Part shown: positions 58,136 through 64,000 of the stretch, piece after piece
How the letters are laid out: every line of letters starts with the position of its first letter
Numbering within the stretch: position 1 is the first letter of the stretch
DNA from: Erysipelotrichia bacterium
Lineage (GTDB): Bacteria; Bacillota_I; Bacilli_A; Erysipelotrichales; Erysipelotrichaceae
Reading direction: 5' to 3'
DNA: 64,000 nt
NCBI GenBank assembly: GCA_012520255.1
Contig: JAAYOQ010000002.1
Location: forward strand, 1,839 to 65,838
Notes under the pieces: generated by a model
What the model was told of the DNA's origin: nothing
What the model saw: the letters and a program-made list of their open reading frames with translations, nothing else
Database searches by the model: none
Translations under genes and position numbers: made by a program

Positions 58136-59630
58136 AATATTATTTAGATTAAAGTATAACAGTCTTCTTCATTGGGTCATTAACGGTAAAATAATTTCTA
58201 AAATTTTTAGAGTAAAGGAAAAGGCTTATAGAGACTACCAATTAAAGCATTCACTACAAAAGTATATGCCTGCTTTTGATGTTCTTTCTGATGTCATAAA
58301 ACATTTAATATATTTACTGGTAGTTTCTTTCGCTTCTTTTAATGCGAATGATTTTGTAATCTGGTTTATGTTTTTGATGGTTGGAGGATTTTCAACAAAG
58401 ATACTTAACTATGATGCCGATATGCAAATTCTTTTTCAGTCCTTTAAAATACCTTTTAAAGATATCTTTTACTTTAAATTGAAAAGAAGATTTATAAATC
58501 GCTTAAGCTATGCTCTTATTTTCCCTATTGGATTCAGTCTGATTATCAACGATTTCAGCTACATACCATTGATGGTTTTCTCTATCTTCTTCTTTATGTA
58601 TTTTGCAGAAAGCTTTACTTTACTTATTTTCAAAATTAAAAAACCCGCAGTAATACAGTATCCGTTATACATAGGCATGGTAGTAATTTGTCTGGCTTTT
58701 GGTTTTTTACATCTTAATTTTTATTATCTGATGATACCAATGGTTATCTATCTGATAGCAAGCTTTATAGTTATTCGCAAGCAGAAACGTGCTGATCTGT
58801 TCTTTGATGTATTTATGAAGAATATCAGAGACTTTGATGAATCAATCAAGTCCCTGGATGATTTATTTACCAAAGAAACTGAGATGGATAAAAATGTTAA
58901 TCCTGAAAAAAGTTTATCAATTATTCAAAAATATAAATCATATAACTTATATCAATATCTGTTTTTATCCCGACATAAGAGAATCTGGTTCAAACCTTTA
59001 CGTAATTCCATTCTGATTCAATTGGCTGTTTATCTTGTTTTTACATCTATTCTATATTTAGATATTGTCCCTGAAGCTGATTATCAGTTAACCATCGTTA
59101 CACTCACAAATGCCTATATTTTTTTGCTTTATCTTTTTGATACCGGTCAAAAACTTATCAAAGCCTACTATCGAAATGGCGATTATCATTTGCTACACTA
59201 TGCCTTTTATCGTAGAAAAAATGAAGTCTATAAACAGTTTCTGATCCGTTTGAAAGATGCTTTTGTGTTCTCTCTTGTTCCTATATTGATTGGATCATTC
59301 TTTTCACTAATCTGGATTTTTGGTTTAAAGATGCCTGTAGGACCTACATTCAATTTTATTATTTCAGTGATATTTTTTACTTTGTTTTTCAATATTCATT
59401 ATTTGTTTATTTATTATATTTTTCAACCATACAACTATGATCTGGATAAACCTCGTTTTATTTTAACTTTGTTTAATATCGGAATTTATACTTTTGCCTA
59501 TATGGATAAACCTTGGCTCGCCTACAAATATTTAGGAGTTATTTTTATTATTATTCTGATATTTTATATTATTATTTCAACAATTCTTGTTTATCATTTT
59601 GCTCCTAAGACATTTAAATATCGTGACTGA
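58128..59630 (+). CDS. Large polytopic membrane protein, putative ABC exporter partner
   Basis: It has about 500 aa and at least 10 hydrophobic segments in two blocks separated by a charged loop. Its start is coupled to the ATPase stop (ATGAATGA). The family assignment (putative ABC-exporter type) is from memory only. Confidence 0.5.
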   Translation: MNEILFRLKYNSLLHWVINGKIISKIFRVKEKAYRDYQLKHSLQKYMPAFDVLSDVIKHLIYLLVVSFASFNANDFVIWFMFLMVGGFSTKILNYDADMQILFQSFKIPFKDIFYFKLKRRFINRLSYALIFPIGFSLIINDFSYIPLMVFSIFFFMYFAESFTLLIFKIKKPAVIQYPLYIGMVVICLAFGFLHLNFYYLMIPMVIYLIASFIVIRKQKRADLFFDVFMKNIRDFDESIKSLDDLFTKETEMDKNVNPEKSLSIIQKYKSYNLYQYLFLSRHKRIWFKPLRNSILIQLAVYLVFTSILYLDIVPEADYQLTIVTLTNAYIFLLYLFDTGQKLIKAYYRNGDYHLLHYAFYRRKNEVYKQFLIRLKDAFVFSLVPILIGSFFSLIWIFGLKMPVGPTFNFIISVIFFTLFFNIHYLFIYYIFQPYNYDLDKPRFILTLFNIGIYTFAYMDKPWLAYKYLGVIFIIILIFYIIISTILVYHFAPKTFKYRD

Positions 59631-59642
59631 TATATCTAAAAT

Positions 59643-59664
59643 AAAAGCCTGTTACAAGGCTTTT
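59643..59664. terminator. Bidirectional terminator between the ABC membrane gene and the GH13 gene
   Basis: AAAAGCC-tgttacaa-GGCTTTT is flanked by A- and T-rich runs. Confidence 0.65.
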
Positions 59665-59669
59665 AAAAA

Positions 59670-61550
59670 TTAAATTTTTCTATATAGATTGGCTTCATAT
59701 GCAGACATCATTTTTTCCTGATTTTTAACATTTGAAAAAATAAGTTTATAGCCGGTAGAATCAATTATTCTTTTTTGTCTGTCATCTGAAAGGTTAATTT
59801 CAATTAAAAACTCATTGTTTTCATCTTTTCTTTTGTAGATGAAATAATCTTTTGTATTCTCTTTTATAAATTCAATATCTCCATATATTAAAACAGGATT
59901 TTCCTTTCTATAGTGAATCAATTGCTTTGTAAAGTTATAAATGGAATTATTTTGTTTTTGTTGATATTCAATATTTGTGGTTTTTAAATCCTGATATCCT
60001 TTGATCCATGGCTGATTTTCTGAGAAACCTCCATAAGTTTTGTCATTCCATTGCATTGGCGTACGACAGTGATCTCTGCTGCCGGCCAGAATAGTCGCAA
60101 AGGCTTCTTTTTCAGTTTTACCAGCAGCTATCATTTCTTTATATTTATTAATACTTTCTACATCACGAATGTCATCCATTGACTTAAATTCGTTATTGGT
60201 CATTCCAATTTCCTGTCCCTGATAGAAAAATGGTGTCCCTTTCAATGTTAAAAGTATCATATTGATGTTTTTAGCCAGTTCATCACGGTAGCGATTACTT
60301 GGATCAATTTTGGAAATGAAACGTGGATTATCGTGATTATCAACAAATAAAGACATCCAGTAGCGATTGCTGAAAGACTTTTGATTTTCAATTAAATAAA
60401 ATTTATAAAAATTTAAATCATAGCGATAATCATCAAATCGAACTTTACCTGGTGTTTCTAAATGATCAAAACTGAAGGTTAAATCCATAATCTTGCGATA
60501 ATCACCAGTTAATAATTTGCCAAGTTGAGTACCAATACCTGGAGTTTCTCCGACAGAAAATCCCTGATATGGCTCAAAAGCATTTTTTCTCAGTTCTGCC
60601 AAATACTTTGTTAAATTCGGACCATAAAAATAATGTTCCATACCTGTAAAACCAACTAAGTCCCCTACTAATGTATCACCATCTGGCAACTCTGGGTTTT
60701 TGGAAATATAATTGATAACATCCATTCTAAAGCCATCAATACCTTTTTCTAACCAGAAAGTAACGATATCAGCTACCTCTTTTCTAATTTTTGGATTATC
60801 CCAATTTAAATCCATCTGTTTTGATGAAAACAGTTTTAGAGCATATTTGTCAATTTCCTTAAAATATCTCCAGGCTGATCCACTAAAGAAACTGGTCCAG
60901 TTATTTGGTTTATCTCTAAAAATATAATAATCCTGTTTTTCTTTATCACCATTTAGGGCTGCCTGAAACCACGGATGTTCATCAGAAGTATGATTGACAA
61001 CTAAATCCATAATAATCTTCATATCACGCTTTTTAAGTTCAGAAATTAACAGATCGACATCATCCATTGTTCCAAATTCAGCCATTATATTACGATAATC
61101 TCTTATATCGTAACCATTATCATCATTTGGTGAATCATAAATAGGAGAAAGCCATAAACAATCAATACCTAAATCTTTTAATGTATCAAGTTTTGAAATT
61201 ATACCTTGGATATCTCCAATACCATCACCATTTGAATCTTTAAAACTACGTGGGTATATCTGATAGAAAACTGCTTCTTTCCACCAGGCCTTATTAATTG
61301 GTGCATCATCTTCTAAAGGTTGCTCCAGTTCACTGTTTACTAAATCAATAACAGTCTGAAAAAATGAAGTTGGAATTTTTCTTTTCAGTATTTTTGATAA
61401 ATTTTTAAGTTTTATATTTAAAACTAGTGGATTATCAAGTAGTGAAAAAGATAATCCCGTCTGTAAAAACAATCTGAATACCACATCATGTCCGATTGGC
61501 AAAGCAATAACATCTTTAATTTTACTATTTATATCAATCATTTTGCTCAT
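59670..61550 (-). CDS. GH13 alpha-glucosidase (oligo-1,6-glucosidase / trehalose-6-P hydrolase type) with an N-terminal extension
   Basis: It has WWKEAVFYQIYPRSFKDSNGDGIGD, DLVVNHTS, GIDGFRMDVI, VGET and FVDNHD, the four conserved GH13 regions. About 85 extra residues precede the WWK motif. Confidence 0.88.
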   Translation of the reverse strand: MSKMIDINSKIKDVIALPIGHDVVFRLFLQTGLSFSLLDNPLVLNIKLKNLSKILKRKIPTSFFQTVIDLVNSELEQPLEDDAPINKAWWKEAVFYQIYPRSFKDSNGDGIGDIQGIISKLDTLKDLGIDCLWLSPIYDSPNDDNGYDIRDYRNIMAEFGTMDDVDLLISELKKRDMKIIMDLVVNHTSDEHPWFQAALNGDKEKQDYYIFRDKPNNWTSFFSGSAWRYFKEIDKYALKLFSSKQMDLNWDNPKIRKEVADIVTFWLEKGIDGFRMDVINYISKNPELPDGDTLVGDLVGFTGMEHYFYGPNLTKYLAELRKNAFEPYQGFSVGETPGIGTQLGKLLTGDYRKIMDLTFSFDHLETPGKVRFDDYRYDLNFYKFYLIENQKSFSNRYWMSLFVDNHDNPRFISKIDPSNRYRDELAKNINMILLTLKGTPFFYQGQEIGMTNNEFKSMDDIRDVESINKYKEMIAAGKTEKEAFATILAGSRDHCRTPMQWNDKTYGGFSENQPWIKGYQDLKTTNIEYQQKQNNSIYNFTKQLIHYRKENPVLIYGDIEFIKENTKDYFIYKRKDENNEFLIEINLSDDRQKRIIDSTGYKLIFSNVKNQEKMMSAYEANLYRKI

Positions 61551-62925
61551 CTCTTACCTCCCTTAAACGTTGTTCATTTTCACTAATAATTTGATGATAG
61601 AAAACTTCATCAATACGATAAAACTTTCGATATATCAGATAAGAAACAATAACCAGTATCAGTGGCAGTATCAACATTGATGACTTTAAAAGATCCAATC
61701 CCTGTTGAGTAACCTGAGAAACATCAGTAGATTCATTAATGCCAGCCATAATAACTGTCGCACCTACAATACCACTGGCTAAGGCATTACCTAATTTATT
61801 GATAAAAGGTTGCAGAGATAAAGTAACCGAATCATTGCGTTTATGAAACTTCCATTCTCCATATTCAACTGAATCCGAAATAAACATCAACATCAACAGC
61901 TGAATAGCACCTTGACCTACAAACAGCAATATTCCCGCTATACCAATGAATGACATTGTATCTGTTGGAGCAAAGAAAAATATAATATATCCCAGAATCA
62001 TTAAAAATATGCTGGCTGTAAATATGGTATTTCTTTTTAAAAATTTCGAAACCAGTGGAAATACAGCTAAAGCTGTAAGTTGAGAAACTGCTAAAATTGC
62101 CGCAAATACCGAATACATATTGATATCACCATAGATATATTTGAAATAATATTGACCAAATGAAGTAGTAGTCATATATCCGGTCATAAATATGCTCATG
62201 GAAATAGAAATCCATAATAATTGATCATTTTTTATAATTATTTGAAATAATTCCTTCACTGTTGTCTGCTCTTCTACTATCTGGTTTTCTAAATCTTCTT
62301 TAACTCCAAATACAGTGAACATCTGAAAAAACAACATCAAACAAACTAATATAATCGATAAATAGAAATAGGCCTGTTGCATTGAACCTGTTTTTTCAGC
62401 TAAAAATTGAGTAAAACCGGTAATACCGACTACTAGAGTAAACATTCCCAGATTGGCACAGATTCTAGCAATAGCTCCTATTTTTTCTCTCTCTTTCTGA
62501 TTTTTGGAAAGCGATGGTAACATTGACCAATATGCAATATCATTGGCTGTATAGGAAATTTCCCATAACAGGTAATTAACAGTAAAAACAAATACAAACC
62601 CCAGACCACCTATTTTAAAATCATAGAAAAAGATGATTGTAAAAATAGATGATAAGATTGCTCCAATTAATATCCATGGCTTAAACTTACCCCATCTGGT
62701 TTTAGTGTTATCAACCAGCATGCCCATAAATGGATCATTAAAGGCATCAAAAGCTCTGACAAAAACCATAATCATCGTAATATAAGCCATAATTTTATCA
62801 GACAGATCTAAAACATCGGTTAAATAAAACATTAAAAACATTGAAACTAAAGTATAAAGCATATCCCTACCAATAGTACCCATACCAAACATCCAACGAT
62901 TTCTTCGCTGTATTTTATCTTTCAT
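61534..62925 (-). CDS. Glycoside-pentoside-hexuronide (GPH/MelB-family) cation symporter
   Basis: It has 12 predicted TM segments and N-terminal motifs FGMGTIGRDM...YLTDVL...DAFNDPFMGMLVDNTKTRWGKFKPW typical of GPH carriers. It forms an operon with the GH13 gene. Confidence 0.85.
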   Translation of the reverse strand: MKDKIQRRNRWMFGMGTIGRDMLYTLVSMFLMFYLTDVLDLSDKIMAYITMIMVFVRAFDAFNDPFMGMLVDNTKTRWGKFKPWILIGAILSSIFTIIFFYDFKIGGLGFVFVFTVNYLLWEISYTANDIAYWSMLPSLSKNQKEREKIGAIARICANLGMFTLVVGITGFTQFLAEKTGSMQQAYFYLSIILVCLMLFFQMFTVFGVKEDLENQIVEEQTTVKELFQIIIKNDQLLWISISMSIFMTGYMTTTSFGQYYFKYIYGDINMYSVFAAILAVSQLTALAVFPLVSKFLKRNTIFTASIFLMILGYIIFFFAPTDTMSFIGIAGILLFVGQGAIQLLMLMFISDSVEYGEWKFHKRNDSVTLSLQPFINKLGNALASGIVGATVIMAGINESTDVSQVTQQGLDLLKSSMLILPLILVIVSYLIYRKFYRIDEVFYHQIISENEQRLREVRDEQND

Positions 62926-62964
62926 AGTGATTTTCCCCTCTTATTTAAGATATCAAATTAATAA

Positions 62965-62985
62965 GGAATGGTTATAAACCATCCC
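62965..62985. terminator. Hairpin downstream of hpf
   Basis: GGAATGGTT-ata-AACCATCCC pairs at 8 of 9 positions. The clear T-run is on the plus strand, and the minus side has only TTATTAATTT, so the orientation is ambiguous. Confidence 0.35.
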
Positions 62986-63078
62986 CTTTTTTATTTTTAT
63001 TTAAGAACATGGTCCATTAAGGTTAAAATTTTGATCTACAATATTTATACTACCTTAATTTTACAAAATTCTTATAGT

Positions 63079-63603
63079 TTAAACAACTTCCAGAATACCG
63101 TAATCTCCTTGATTTCTGCGATATATTATTGAAATTAATCCTGTATCCTTGTCTCTGAATACATAGAAGTTATGATTTACAAGTTCCATTTGGATGATTG
63201 CTTCATCGGTATCTAAATCATCAACAACCACTCTTTTAACTCTAGCAATTACATCTTCTTTTTCATCCAACTCAATCTCATCAATAAACGCTTTAGCTAA
63301 TTTTTCTTTATGCCTTCTAGATAAACGTGTTTTCTGTCTTCTGATTTGGTCTTCTAGTTTATCAATTGATTTATCGATGGCATTTCTGACATCCTCATCG
63401 ACAACTTCACTTCTCAAATAACCAATCTTTGAAGGAATTGTTATTTCCAACTTAATATTATTACCATGTTTTTTGACAACTGCATTGGCAATTGTCTCTG
63501 GATCAATCAAGAGATATTTGTCTAAAAAAGACAACTTATCACCAATCCTTTTCTCTATTTCTGCAGATAAATTAACATCTTTAGAATAAACATTTACTTT
63601 CAT
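63079..63603 (-). CDS. hpf: Ribosome hibernation-promoting factor (long form)
   Basis: A 174-aa protein with an N-terminal S30AE domain (LEITIPSKIGYLRSEV...DKLEDQIRRQKTR) and a C-terminal dimerisation domain (NHNFYVFRD...ISIIYRRNQGDYGILE). Confidence 0.9.
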   Translation of the reverse strand: MKVNVYSKDVNLSAEIEKRIGDKLSFLDKYLLIDPETIANAVVKKHGNNIKLEITIPSKIGYLRSEVVDEDVRNAIDKSIDKLEDQIRRQKTRLSRRHKEKLAKAFIDEIELDEKEDVIARVKRVVVDDLDTDEAIIQMELVNHNFYVFRDKDTGLISIIYRRNQGDYGILEVV

Positions 63604-64000
63604 ACTGAATTCCTCCTATATTCTGGCGATTTCTATAATCGCTTAGTACCTTATTTAACCATTTATATATCTTATAAAGTGAATATGAATCCAAGCCACA
63701 ATATTGTAACAACTGCTCTTTATATAATTGTTTTTGTTTTTCATTTTTGCACTTAGACATTTCACGATGCATTTTTACTGCCTGCATTCCATCCGATACT
63801 TCTAAATCATCGTAAGTACAACTATCATCAATCATATTTTCAATCGAATTTAAGGTAAATGAACCTCTCATTTTAATATCATATACAAAACCTGAAGTAA
63901 ATGGAATAGCCATATCGATTAATCTTTCATTTATTTCCAACAATTTTTCGCTACATTCTGGAAAATAATCAGCAAATTCCTTAATTCTAAGTTTTTCAGC
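63581..64000 (-). CDS. Hypothetical protein, C-terminal part (possibly DUF2779-like); continues beyond the window
   Basis: The frame stays open to base 64000 (AEKLRIKEFADYFPECSEKLLEINERL...), so the track TTG start is internal. The C-terminus (SDGMQAV...LLQYCGLDSYSLYKIYKWL) resembles my memory of DUF2779 proteins. This is unverified. Confidence 0.35.
   Translation of the reverse strand, partial: AEKLRIKEFADYFPECSEKLLEINERLIDMAIPFTSGFVYDIKMRGSFTLNSIENMIDDSCTYDDLEVSDGMQAVKMHREMSKCKNEKQKQLYKEQLLQYCGLDSYSLYKIYKWLNKVLSDYRNRQNIGGIQYESKCLF

Noticed and set aside
1-64000. Alternative genetic code (TGA read as Trp, Mollicutes-like), suggested by the very low GC content
   Set aside because: Conserved genes terminate at TGA at the expected length (for example nusB, deoB and cdsA). 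All conserved Trp positions I checked use TGG (for example WWK in GH13). The standard bacterial code fits.
1-64000. Search for CRISPR arrays, tRNA or rRNA genes, transposases, integrases other than xerD, and prophage blocks
   Set aside because: No regularly spaced direct repeats, no cloverleaf-sized conserved segments in the short intergenic regions and no IS- or phage-like ORFs were seen. The only non-coding RNAs supported are RNase P RNA and the two T-box leaders.

Overview
Low-GC (roughly 30%) Firmicutes-type chromosome, standard genetic code (TGA is used as a stop, Trp is TGG). The gene order resembles Bacillus and Erysipelotrichia-like genomes; that taxonomic placement is inference only. 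The window is almost entirely conserved housekeeping genes. These include truB-ribF, asp23-nusB-xseAB-ispA-tlyA-recN, xerD-deoB, dnaE-nrnA, smc-ftsY-ylxM-ackA, and pyrH-frr-uppS-cdsA-dxr-rseP-cls. They also include ftsK-rnj-miaB, rny-ymdB, pgsA-recA, gpsB with RNase P RNA, hppA, T-box-regulated pheST and ileS, sepF-ylmH-divIVA, a GH13/GPH sugar pair and hpf. Genes at 1-10346 all read rightward and almost everything from 10396 onward reads leftward. The 49-bp convergent gap holds a 28-bp sequence that closely resembles XerCD dif sites, so the window probably spans the replication terminus. I found no convincing multi-gene novel system. The best accessory candidate is a stand-alone SIR2-like/AbiH-like gene (22456-23364) wedged between smc and an acyl-CoA ligase, a candidate single-gene anti-phage defence. 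Other items worth a second look follow. There is an RNase J homolog with most metal-ligand residues substituted. A 52-aa rubredoxin gene is missing from the ORF track and sits next to a truncated, frameshifted relic of a flavin-reductase/rubredoxin fusion. There is a DnaE with a degenerate PHP motif, a RibF lacking the riboflavin-kinase domain, an orphan PTS EIIB(Man) and an orphan SUFU-like protein. No CRISPR array, rRNA, tRNA, transposase or prophage was seen. All family assignments rest on motifs read by eye, without database searches or computed statistics.
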